From the NCBI GenBank assembly GCA_000999715.1, contig LCGL01000001.1, forward strand, positions 387,139 to 451,138: 64,000 bases of DNA, given 5' to 3'. The position numbers and the translations under genes were made by a program. Below are positions 1 through 7,991 of the stretch, in pieces; positions within the stretch are counted from its first letter, which is position 1, and every line of letters starts with the position of its first letter. The notes beneath the pieces were generated by a model. That model worked only from the letters and a program-made list of their open reading frames with translations, searched no databases and was not told the DNA's origin. The DNA comes from Candidatus Falkowbacteria bacterium GW2011_GWF2_43_32 (GTDB lineage: Bacteria; Patescibacteriota; Patescibacteriia; Patescibacteriales; UBA12465).

Positions 1-794
1 CGGTCGGTTATCGGGACAAGAAACAATATTTTATTGATCGTTTGGCGCAAGGCATCGCCTTAATCACCGCGGCTTATTATCCTAAAGACGTCATCGTTCG
101 TTTAAGCGATTTCAAAACCAATGAATACGCCAACTTAATCGGCGGTCGCGAATACGAGCCGGTGGAATCCAATCCGATGATCGGTTTTCGCGGTGCCAGT
201 CGTTATTATTCCCCGTTATTTTTGCCGGCCTTTAAGTTGGAATGCGAAGCTATCAAGAAAGTGCGGGTCGCCATGGGATTGAAAAATTTGAAAGTCATGA
301 TTCCTTTTTGCCGTACCGTGGAAGAAGGTCGGAAGGTTCAGCAAGTGATGGCCGATAACGGTTTGAAACGCGGTCAAGACGGCTTGGAAATTTATGTAAT
401 GGCGGAAATTCCCGCTAATATTATTTTGGCCGAGAAATTTTGTCACATTTTTGACGGCTTTTCCATCGGTTCCAACGATTTGACTCAGTTGACCTTGGGA
501 ATAGATCGCGATTCGGGAGGAACCTTGGAAGTCGCCGGCGTCAACAACGAGAAGAATGAAGCGGTCAAGGAATTGATCAGACAATTGATAAAAACAGCCA
601 AAAAATATCGTCGTAAAGTCGGTATTTGCGGCCAAGGACCGAGCGATTTCCCCGACTTCGCGGAATTTTTGGTGGAAGAGGGCATTGATAGTATTTCTTT
701 GAATCCCGATACGGTTATTTCCACCACTTTGACGATTGCGCAACGAGAAAAATTGATTCGGCGCAGTAAAGGAATATTGAGTTTATTTTTTTAA
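1..794 (+). CDS. ppsA: Phosphoenolpyruvate synthase / PEP-utilising enzyme, C-terminal TIM-barrel domain (5'-truncated by window edge)
   Basis: The frame is open from nt 3 (VGYRDKKQYFIDRLAQGIA...). It contains NPMIGFRGASRY and GFSIGSNDLTQLTLGIDRDS, typical of the PpsA/PPDK C-terminal domain. Stop at 794, followed by a terminator. Confidence 0.85.
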   Translation, partial: VGYRDKKQYFIDRLAQGIALITAAYYPKDVIVRLSDFKTNEYANLIGGREYEPVESNPMIGFRGASRYYSPLFLPAFKLECEAIKKVRVAMGLKNLKVMIPFCRTVEEGRKVQQVMADNGLKRGQDGLEIYVMAEIPANIILAEKFCHIFDGFSIGSNDLTQLTLGIDRDSGGTLEVAGVNNEKNEAVKELIRQLIKTAKKYRRKVGICGQGPSDFPDFAEFLVEEGIDSISLNPDTVISTTLTIAQREKLIRRSKGILSLFF

Positions 795-840
795 AGCAGT
801 TTTATTGAAGATAAATTTTTTGGATGTGCTGCCAATAAAA

Positions 841-882
841 ACACCCGCTCCTGGTACGTAGACAGGCGCGGGTGTTTTTTAT
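841..882. terminator. Bidirectional intrinsic terminator
   Basis: ACACCCGC (841-848) pairs with GCGGGTGT (868-875), with an A-run upstream and a T-run downstream. It sits between convergent genes. Confidence 0.6.
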
Positions 883-899
883 TTTAATTTGAAAATTAT

Positions 900-1577
900 T
901 TATTTTTTGGCGATTTCTTTTGCCGGGACCGCTTCGGGAACAATTGTCGGTTGTTCAATGACGATCGGCGTTTCTTCAATGACGATTACTTGGATTTTGG
1001 CGACTTTAACGCCGAACTGCCGAGCATCGCTTTTTTCTTTCATCCAAACGTCAACCCGGTCGCTGTATCTTTTGTTCATGCGATCGCGAACGATAAAAAT
1101 ACGGTCGCCGAATAATTCCGGAATTTGAACTTTAGTGCCGAATTTCAAGAAATTGGCGGCAATGGTATCTTCTTCATTATGCGCGCAGACGTCAAAACCG
1201 TTGGCCGTGATACAAGGAGTATCGTCGGTTTGAGCGGCTTCGGAGTTGTAAGCGGTAATCGTGTGCGTACTGGTACGGATAATTTTGATCACCGGAGCGG
1301 GAAGCACTTGTTCCGTCTCGGTAACCGTCGGATCGGAATTCATTAATTTAGCGGCCTCTTGATCCATCACCGCTTCTTTTAACAAAGAATCGTTGATAAT
1401 CAGCTCTTCCAGAGCGGACGCGGCCGTTACTTTGGCTTTATTGACCGCTTCATCGGCCAAGGCCGGCGAGAAAAACAGGGTAAATTGGAAGATGCAAGCA
1501 ATAACTACCAATAAAACCAAACCCTGCTTTCCGCTTAAAGGCACGATTTCTTCGCTTAATTTTCGTAATATAGTCAT
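900..1577 (-). CDS. 3D-domain (MltA/RlpA-like fold) secreted cell-wall protein
   Basis: N-terminal TM/signal segment. The C-terminal TITAYNSEAAQTDDTPCITANG...VRDRMNKRYSDRVDVWM matches the three-Asp '3D' domain pattern. Confidence 0.7.
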   Translation of the reverse strand: MTILRKLSEEIVPLSGKQGLVLLVVIACIFQFTLFFSPALADEAVNKAKVTAASALEELIINDSLLKEAVMDQEAAKLMNSDPTVTETEQVLPAPVIKIIRTSTHTITAYNSEAAQTDDTPCITANGFDVCAHNEEDTIAANFLKFGTKVQIPELFGDRIFIVRDRMNKRYSDRVDVWMKEKSDARQFGVKVAKIQVIVIEETPIVIEQPTIVPEAVPAKEIAKK

Positions 1578-1845
1578 ATTGTTTAATATTAGCCAAATTA
1601 AAAATTCCTACCATATCATAATATAATGACAATAGAGCAGGAATTTTCTTGACTAATTACTTTATCACATGTTGAAAAAAAAGTCAAGGCTAAAGCCAGG
1701 ATGCCTGTAGACAAGTTATTGACATAAATTAATAAATGTGATATACTTCACCAGAGTAATTCAGTGATAATTAAAAACAAAAAAGAGCGGGTGAGCCGTT
1801 CTTTAACAATAAAATAACAATAAAAAACATAAAAACCGAGAAATC

Positions 1846-2574
1846 ATGAAAAAAGCAGGAAAAAGTTTAGTTTTTATTTTAATGGCCGCCTTGGTGGTCA
1901 CGGTGTCCGGCAATGTTTACGGACAAAGATCAAAAATTGATTATGGAGACAAAAACTCCAAAAACATTGAAGCGTCGGTACAAATTTTTCACCAGCAAAT
2001 CGCCGGTTATCAGTTAAAAATTGACGAGTTGCGCTCGACTAATAAAAATTTGTGGCAACTCTTTCAACGTTCCGAAGATAACGATTATGTAAAACGTTAT
2101 GCCCAACAAATTCGTTACAATGATTCTTTGATTGCCGAGTATGATCAAAAAATCAACTATTTGGAACAGCAAACGGATGAATTCATTTCCGTGGCTGCCG
2201 GCAAGGATAATCAAAAGATTTGTAAATTGCGGGGTAAAGCGGAAGATGTCGCAACCGCTTATGTGATAATCGCTTATGCCGAACAAGCCGACCGGAGAGA
2301 CTCGGTAGCGCAATTGACGGGACTGTTGGTGAATAAGTGGCATTATCCGGTCACCGCCATCGTAACCGGTCCGGGAAATTTTTACAGGGAATTTTCCTTG
2401 AGAGCCAAAGACGGCCAAGCGGTTTTCAGTCTCCCGTCTCCCGGTAGATATACAACAACTTTTGTATTTGATACTCAGAGGCGCAGTATTGTAAAAACTG
2501 CCGGCATTTCTCATGTATATTATGATGATGACGGTCAAGCCTATGATTATAAGGCTACTTTGTTAAAAAATTAA
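1846..2574 (+). CDS. Hypothetical secreted protein
   Basis: ATG start, signal-peptide-like N-terminus (MKKAGKSLVFILMAALVVTVSGNVYG), terminator downstream. No recognisable domain. Confidence 0.55.
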   Translation: MKKAGKSLVFILMAALVVTVSGNVYGQRSKIDYGDKNSKNIEASVQIFHQQIAGYQLKIDELRSTNKNLWQLFQRSEDNDYVKRYAQQIRYNDSLIAEYDQKINYLEQQTDEFISVAAGKDNQKICKLRGKAEDVATAYVIIAYAEQADRRDSVAQLTGLLVNKWHYPVTAIVTGPGNFYREFSLRAKDGQAVFSLPSPGRYTTTFVFDTQRRSIVKTAGISHVYYDDDGQAYDYKATLLKN

Positions 2575-2579
2575 AAAAA

Positions 2580-2604
2580 GGGATGTTTAAAACATCCCTT
2601 TTAT
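2580..2604. terminator. Bidirectional intrinsic terminator
   Basis: Hairpin GGGATGTT-TAAA-ACATCCC flanked by an A-run and a T-run, between convergent genes. Confidence 0.55.
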
Positions 2605-2621
2605 ATTTGTTCATTGAAAGA

Positions 2622-3023
2622 TTAAATCGTCGAACCCATGGTGCTTCCTCCGCCGAAAGGAATATATTTGAAGACGAAATAAGTGATGGCATAAGCGGCC
2701 ATGACGATAATTAAACCGACGACCGCATTTGTGATGATGGTTTGCGCTTTTTTGATTTGTTCTTCATTGCCCCCGGCCATCATCCATCTGAATCCGGAAA
2801 CGATAATCAAAATGATGAAAATGATTCCCAGGAGTCCCAAAGCCACTTTAATTATTCCGGCAACCAAAACCCCGATATCCATATCGCCCAGATTGGCCGT
2901 AGTGGCGGTCAGATTGGTCATTTCTTCCAAAGCGTCGGTATCCGTCAACAGTTGGGCGGAAGCGCTTTGCACGAATAAAACCGATAAAGCCGTTAAGATG
3001 AATAAGCTGAGAATTTTTTTCAT
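2622..3023 (-). CDS. VirB2/TrbC-like 'T4SS pilin' family small membrane protein (paralog 1 of 7)
   Basis: Signal peptide ending SASAQ, two hydrophobic helices, and the shared loop motif FRWMMAGGNEEQIKKAQ. Same architecture as the next five genes. Confidence 0.7.
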   Translation of the reverse strand: MKKILSLFILTALSVLFVQSASAQLLTDTDALEEMTNLTATTANLGDMDIGVLVAGIIKVALGLLGIIFIILIIVSGFRWMMAGGNEEQIKKAQTIITNAVVGLIIVMAAYAITYFVFKYIPFGGGSTMGSTI

Positions 3024-3024
3024 A

Positions 3025-3435
3025 TTATTGTCCCATTAATATTAATCGGCGTAAAACAAAGGTCCAAAGACTCCAGGCGGAAATGGAGACAATCAAACCG
3101 ATCAAGGCGCTCTTTATCGTGCTTTGGGCTTTTTTGATTTTTTCTTCATTGCCGCTGGCCGTCATCCAGCCGTAACCGGCGATGACCATCAGAACGATGA
3201 AAGTAATGCCGGCAAAACCGATAAAGGCGCCGACAATCGTGCCGGCGATAATCGGAGTGGAAGCGATAGAAGAATCGGTTTGATAGCCGCCGCCTTGACC
3301 GACATTTTGCAAGGTCTGCAGAATGCGGGGAGAGCCGGCGCTGTCCGAGTTTTCTTGCGCACGCACCAGAAAGGGGGAAATTAACAGTCCGAACAGCAGG
3401 AGAGAAAGAAAAATGACGGTGTTTATTTTTTTCAT
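3025..3435 (-). CDS. VirB2/TrbC-like pilin family protein (paralog 2)
   Basis: Signal peptide (..LVRAQ), motif YGWMTASGNEEKIKKAQ between two TM helices. 1-nt spacing to paralog 1. Confidence 0.7.
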   Translation of the reverse strand: MKKINTVIFLSLLLFGLLISPFLVRAQENSDSAGSPRILQTLQNVGQGGGYQTDSSIASTPIIAGTIVGAFIGFAGITFIVLMVIAGYGWMTASGNEEKIKKAQSTIKSALIGLIVSISAWSLWTFVLRRLILMGQ

Positions 3436-3442
3436 ATAAAAT

Positions 3443-3847
3443 TTATTTAGCGACTATAATGCGAGCCAATAAACCGCCTAAGCCGGAGGCTAGAGCATAG
3501 GCAACCAGTACCAAGCTTAAACCGATTAACAGATTTTGGATAGTGGCCTTGGATTTTTTGATTTTTTCTTCATTGCCGGCGGCCTGCATCCAATTATTGC
3601 CGGCGACAAACATCAGTACGATGAAAATTGTCCCCAAGATGGAGAGAAAAACGCGAATGCCGGTGCTGATGATATTTTCCAAGCTGTTTTCTTGGTATTC
3701 GGCGTCGCCCGCGGTGGCGGCCTCATTTACTCTTTGATAAAATTCCGTGTTCTTATAATCTTGAAAAATAGCCGCCTGCGCGACGGAAATATTTAAAATC
3801 AGAAAAGCGGATAAGGCCAAAACAGTTGAGATAAGGATTTTTTTCAT
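3443..3847 (-). CDS. VirB2/TrbC-like pilin family protein (paralog 3)
   Basis: Motif NNWMQAAGNEEKIKKSK. I moved the start to the internal ATG (MKKILIS...) at 3847, which removes the overlap with paralog 4. Confidence 0.65.
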   Translation of the reverse strand: MKKILISTVLALSAFLILNISVAQAAIFQDYKNTEFYQRVNEAATAGDAEYQENSLENIISTGIRVFLSILGTIFIVLMFVAGNNWMQAAGNEEKIKKSKATIQNLLIGLSLVLVAYALASGLGGLLARIIVAK

Positions 3848-3855
3848 ATTCCCGA

Positions 3856-4254
3856 TTATTTCCAAAAAGCGTTAATTAAGAAATAGCTGAGAGCGTAAGC
3901 GGCCAAAACGACAATCAATCCCAGCAGGGCGTCCATAATAACGGCCGTGGATTTTTTGACTTTTTCTTCATTGCCCTGGGCAATCATCCAGGTGAAGCCG
4001 CCGTAAAGAACTAGAACGAAAAAGATTACTCCCAAAAGTCCCAGGAAAAGATAAATTACGATGCCGATGATATCTTCTACGGTAGAAGCTTCGGCGACGT
4101 CATAACCGGCTCGGTTAGCGGCGGCGTTCAGGCCGCTGTCTTCGGAAAAAGAATAAGTTCCGGATTCTTGCGCCAACAGAGGGCCGGAAAATGATAAGCA
4201 GATAAGCAAAACTGCCATGGCCAGTATCAGTTTTTTAAATGATTTTCTTTTCAT
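3856..4254 (-). CDS. VirB2/TrbC-like pilin family protein (paralog 4)
   Basis: Signal peptide (..PLLAQ), motif FTWMIAQGNEEKVKKST, two TM helices. Confidence 0.7.
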   Translation of the reverse strand: MKRKSFKKLILAMAVLLICLSFSGPLLAQESGTYSFSEDSGLNAAANRAGYDVAEASTVEDIIGIVIYLFLGLLGVIFFVLVLYGGFTWMIAQGNEEKVKKSTAVIMDALLGLIVVLAAYALSYFLINAFWK

Positions 4255-4256
4255 TG

Positions 4257-4655
4257 TTATTCTAAAATTTGTCGACCGATGAAATAAGTCAGCGCATAAG
4301 CGGCGAAAACAATCACTATGCCGATGACGGCATTGGTGATCATGGTTTTGGCTTTGGAAATTTCTTGTTCATTGCCGCGCGCCGTCATCCAAGTGACGCC
4401 GGCGTAAATCATTAAGACAAAGAAAAGCACGCCGACAAAGGCCAGTACGACGCCGACGACTTGTCCGACTTTGGTGGTCAGGAATCCGGGCCCGAAAGTT
4501 TCGTTGGTTTGACTGCGGAAAGCGTCCACGCGGGAAGCGGTGCTGTTTAGACCCTCCAACGTAGTGTCCAGAGCCGTTTGCGCCTGAATGACATTGAAAA
4601 CGGAGAAAAAGGCGAAGACGGCGGAGAATAGAGAGATAAAAATAGTTTTTTTCAT
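4257..4655 (-). CDS. VirB2/TrbC-like pilin family protein (paralog 5)
   Basis: Signal peptide (..VIQAQ), motif VTWMTARGNEQEISKAK, two TM helices. Confidence 0.7.
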   Translation of the reverse strand: MKKTIFISLFSAVFAFFSVFNVIQAQTALDTTLEGLNSTASRVDAFRSQTNETFGPGFLTTKVGQVVGVVLAFVGVLFFVLMIYAGVTWMTARGNEQEISKAKTMITNAVIGIVIVFAAYALTYFIGRQILE

Positions 4656-4783
4656 AAATAATGGCCGGTTAATTGGCGGGCCGGCAGATTATAACGAAGT
4701 TATTCACTGCTCCGAACAGGAAAAAATTTCCCGTCCGGAGCAGTGACGTCCATCATAAAGATGAACATCACTTATTTTTTTAG

Positions 4784-5173
4784 TTATCCTGCTATACCGC
4801 TGCTGAGTGAATTGATAACAAAAGTCGCTATCGCCCAGGAGGCCAAGATAATTACCAAGCCGATAACGCCGGCGCCCAATAATTTTTTAGCTTCGCTGGT
4901 TTTTTCTTCATTACCCATGGCCGTCATCCATTTGAAGCCGCCCAATAAAATGATGCAGACCGCAATCACACCCAAGAATCCTAAGGCGATATTGATGATC
5001 CGACCGATGATTTCTCTCGGATCGCCTTGCGCCAAGCTGTTGTTTAAACCCGTTTCAACTTCGTCAATGCCGAAAGCGTTGTCATTCTGCGCCAAAGCCG
5101 GCAAGGTTAGCATGGGTACCGCCAATAAGGCGATGATAGCCAAAGAGATTAAGTGTTTGGAAAATTTTTTCAT
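4784..5173 (-). CDS. VirB2/TrbC-like pilin family protein (paralog 6)
   Basis: Signal peptide (..PALAQ), motif FKWMTAMGNEEKTSEAK. Strong SD (AAAGGTGGTGA) upstream of the ATG. Confidence 0.7.
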   Translation of the reverse strand: MKKFSKHLISLAIIALLAVPMLTLPALAQNDNAFGIDEVETGLNNSLAQGDPREIIGRIINIALGFLGVIAVCIILLGGFKWMTAMGNEEKTSEAKKLLGAGVIGLVIILASWAIATFVINSLSSGIAG

Positions 5174-5355
5174 AATTTCACCACCTTTCTAGTTTTTAGA
5201 TATTTTTAATTTTACATCTCTAATTTTAGCATATTATTTAAAACAAGACAAATAAATTACTTAAACGATAAAGTAGTAAATTCTGGCTGTTTTTAGCCAA
5301 GTTTATGCTTAAAGTGTTTAAGGTCGGTCGAATTTGTCCGGACCTCGGTGATTTC

Positions 5356-5715
5356 TTAAAAAATATTGCGATAATGTTTCAGTCGGGCCAGCTTTTTAGC
5401 GCGATCAACCAGAATAACAATCAAATCCAAACGAGCCGTCTCCGGATTGAGGCGGTTTTTAAAACAATAGGCGATAATCGCTCGTTTCAGGTTAAGCGTT
5501 TGGCGCGAAGTTAAAGGATTTTCCGATAAACTGTCGGGAGTTTGCAGGCGTGTTTTTACTTCAATAAAGACCGGTTGTCGTCCTTGTCGGACAATCAAAT
5601 CTATTTCTCGGCGACCCAGCCGACAGTTGACCGCGATTAATTTATAGCCGCGTTTCAACAGATAATCCTTGGCCAGGAGTTCTCCTTGTCGGCCTAAATT
5701 TTGTTTGACGGTCAT
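5356..5715 (-). CDS. yraN: YraN-family (UPF0102) endonuclease-like protein
   Basis: GELLAKDYLLKRGYKLIAVNCR..GREIDLIV....VFIEVKTR is the typical YraN/PD-(D/E)xK pattern. 119 aa. Confidence 0.75.
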   Translation of the reverse strand: MTVKQNLGRQGELLAKDYLLKRGYKLIAVNCRLGRREIDLIVRQGRQPVFIEVKTRLQTPDSLSENPLTSRQTLNLKRAIIAYCFKNRLNPETARLDLIVILVDRAKKLARLKHYRNIF

Positions 5716-5723
5716 AGTGACGG

Positions 5724-5751
5724 TTTTAAAAGACCCCTGTTAACAGGGGTC
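5724..5751 (-). terminator. Intrinsic terminator
   Basis: Perfect hairpin GACCCCTGTTAACAGGGGTC (5732-5751), followed on the minus strand by TTTTAAAA. Lies downstream of the 5787..6170 gene. Confidence 0.6.
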
Positions 5752-5786
5752 CGGAGATTTTTATCAATATTTTCGCGTTTCCGTGT

Positions 5787-6170
5787 TTAAGGAATATATT
5801 TTTTTAGTTCTTCATTTTGTTCGTGTTCTTTCTTGATTCGCGGAATTCGCGCCAAACTTTTTAAGACGAAAATCAGCCAGACAATCAGACTGATTGCCCA
5901 GATACCCAGCCAAAAGCGCGCCGATAAGAAGGGGATGACCTCGTAATTGAAGAAGAATAAGAGTAAACCGATGACGGCGTTGGCCAAACAAAAATTATAC
6001 AAGCGTTTCAGGAAACCGCGGTAAAGACCGCCCCATTTTTTAAGAAAAGCGATAATGATGGCGAGAATTGCCAAACCGATGAGCAGGCCGATAAATAATT
6101 TTTGCGCCAACGGGGTAAGCGTCTCCGGGCGCAGGTTGAACCAGTAGTCCAAAGTGAGCAAGTTTTGCAT
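5787..6170 (-). CDS. Hypothetical integral membrane protein
   Basis: 127 aa with three or four hydrophobic helices. No recognisable motif. Confidence 0.5.
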   Translation of the reverse strand: MQNLLTLDYWFNLRPETLTPLAQKLFIGLLIGLAILAIIIAFLKKWGGLYRGFLKRLYNFCLANAVIGLLLFFFNYEVIPFLSARFWLGIWAISLIVWLIFVLKSLARIPRIKKEHEQNEELKKYIP

Positions 6171-6181
6171 AAAGGGTTGAT

Positions 6182-6733
6182 TTATAATTTAATTAGAATT
6201 AAGCCATAGTGATAGGGTCCGGCCTCAAACTCTTCGCTGATGTCCAAGCCGAGTTTCGGGGCGGCGGTTTTCAAGCTGTCGGTTTGAACGCGTCTTTCCC
6301 TGACGGGTCCGAAAGGCAGGTCAATGTTTTTCCATTCGACAATCAACAGTTTTCCGCCTTTTTTCAATAAACGAATCGCCTCGCGCAATATTTCTATTTT
6401 TTTCTCCGATTGGTGAAGAGTATTGATCAAGAGCGCGCAATCCAAACTGCTGGTTTCTATTTTAGTGGCTTTAAAAATTTCCAAGTTGCTCCAAATCGGT
6501 ACGATTTGCGGCAAGTTTTCTTTGGCGGCCTTACTTTTAATTTCATCCAAAGTTGGTTTGAGAATATCGACGGCATAAACCTTTCCTTGTCGACCGACCA
6601 GACGGGCGAGAGGAAAAACAAAAAATCCGAAATTGCCGCAACCCAGTTCCGCCGTTTGCTGTCTTTCGCCGATGCCCGTTTTTTTTAAGATCGCTTGAAT
6701 ATCAAATAAGGCGGTTTTTTTTATTTCTGGCAT
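6182..6733 (-). CDS. Class I SAM-dependent methyltransferase
   Basis: Motif I-like ELGCGNFGFF, followed by VYAVDI (acidic motif II). 183 aa. Confidence 0.65.
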   Translation of the reverse strand: MPEIKKTALFDIQAILKKTGIGERQQTAELGCGNFGFFVFPLARLVGRQGKVYAVDILKPTLDEIKSKAAKENLPQIVPIWSNLEIFKATKIETSSLDCALLINTLHQSEKKIEILREAIRLLKKGGKLLIVEWKNIDLPFGPVRERRVQTDSLKTAAPKLGLDISEEFEAGPYHYGLILIKL

Positions 6734-6740
6734 ATGTTTA

Positions 6741-7397
6741 TTATTTCACTAAAATTTGTCTGGTGACAGTTTCTTCCCGGCTATATTTTTTCTTGGCCGT
6801 GATCACTAAATTATTCGTGCCCTTTTTTAAATTCACCGTTTGGGAAAAATACCCGTTATCGTTGTTCAATACGAGAACGCCGTTGATTTTTACTTCCGCC
6901 TCCGCTTCGGTATTGCCGGTAACGATCAGGGAAGTATCGGCGGTCAGCAAACTGGTTTCCGGATGGCTAATAACGAGAACGGGCGGAGAAACGATTTTTT
7001 TAAAATAGAAAATCAAATAGAGAAAACATATCAAGACGGCCATAATCATCAAAGCGTTTCGGACAATTTTCGGAAAAATCAGAAATTTATGTCTTTTCAC
7101 TATTTTTTGAGAAAAGGGATCGGCCAAAGAATCGGTTTGTCCGGCGGACCAATTTTCTAAGAGCATCGCGGAATCAAGCTTGAGAAAAGACGCGTATTCC
7201 CTTAAAAAATTTTTACCGTACAATCCGGCCGGCAGATTTTCAAAGCGTTCTTCTTCCAGGGCGATCAGATATTCGGTTCGGATATTTATTTTCTTGGAGA
7301 TATCTTCAATTTTTAAATTCCTTTGCTGGCGCGCCTGGCGCAATCTTTCGCCCGTGGTTTCTTCCAGGGGCAGTTTTTTGGGAATAAAATGGTTCAT
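6741..7397 (-). CDS. RodZ-like HTH (XRE-type) membrane-anchored protein
   Basis: GERLRQARQQRNLKIEDISKKINIRTEYLIALEEERFENLP is a RodZ-type HTH. One TM helix and a C-terminal beta-rich domain. Start moved to the ATG at 7397 (MNHFIPKK) to avoid overlap with the upstream gene. Confidence 0.6.
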   Translation of the reverse strand: MNHFIPKKLPLEETTGERLRQARQQRNLKIEDISKKINIRTEYLIALEEERFENLPAGLYGKNFLREYASFLKLDSAMLLENWSAGQTDSLADPFSQKIVKRHKFLIFPKIVRNALMIMAVLICFLYLIFYFKKIVSPPVLVISHPETSLLTADTSLIVTGNTEAEAEVKINGVLVLNNDNGYFSQTVNLKKGTNNLVITAKKKYSREETVTRQILVK

Positions 7398-7401
7398 CGT
7401 T

Positions 7402-7968
7402 TTAAGGTTTCGGCTGACAGCATTGGATGTTGCTTGCTCCCGGACACAGACCGGTGCGACAATTTTGACCGATGGCGTTATCCATGCAACTGTAGCCCTG
7501 ACTGCCATAAGTGGCGGCGCATTGATTGCTGGTGCCGCCGCTCCAAGCTATTCCCAGTGAACCCATGACGAATTTTATGATCAGGTAGCTGGAAAATACG
7601 ATAATCAAACCGATCACCGAGGCGACGATTATTTTTTTGGCCTTGCTGATGGCCTCGCTGGAGCCGGCGGAAATCAGAAACGTGAAGCCGCCGTAAATGA
7701 ACATTATTAAAGACAAAGAGCCGACAATCCCCAAAATCCATTTGGAAATATTGATGGCCATCACCATAAAATCGTTGACGGTATAAATTCCGCAGTAGGT
7801 GGCATCGCCGCCGGGGCAACTATTGCCGATTGGGTCTCCCTTATCATTGTAGACGTTAATGTCTCCGGTTGCGGGTGGGAGAATATTGCCCTGCGCTTTG
7901 GCGATAGCGCCGAGCAGGCCAAAACCGATAATCAAGAATAAACTGAAGATGACGTATTTTTTAAACAT
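7402..7968 (-). CDS. VirB2/TrbC-like pilin family protein with Cys-rich C-terminal extension (paralog 7)
   Basis: Signal peptide (..IAKAQ) and a core like the six tandem paralogs (YGGFTFLISAGSSEAISKAKK plus a second TM). Extra Cys residues occur in the N-terminal part, and a roughly 55-aa tail carries 7 Cys (..CAATYGSQGYSCMDNAIGQNCRTGLCPGASNIQCCQPKP). Confidence 0.65.
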   Translation of the reverse strand: MFKKYVIFSLFLIIGFGLLGAIAKAQGNILPPATGDINVYNDKGDPIGNSCPGGDATYCGIYTVNDFMVMAINISKWILGIVGSLSLIMFIYGGFTFLISAGSSEAISKAKKIIVASVIGLIIVFSSYLIIKFVMGSLGIAWSGGTSNQCAATYGSQGYSCMDNAIGQNCRTGLCPGASNIQCCQPKP

Positions 7969-7991
7969 ATGTTTGATCGGAGCGGCCGGCC

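Noticed and set aside
216-743. Minus-strand ORFs 216..743 and 485..727 inside ppsA
   Set aside because: They are antisense to a frame with clear PEP-utilising-enzyme motifs. They have no motifs of their own.
2701-5192. Plus-strand ORFs (2701..3039, 2742..2978, 3124..3384, 3536..3796, 3543..3737, 4743..5192) mirroring the pilin genes
   Set aside because: They are antisense shadows of the minus-strand genes. Only the minus-strand frames give signal peptides, two TM helices and a motif conserved across all paralogs, with SD sequences and tight start/stop spacing.
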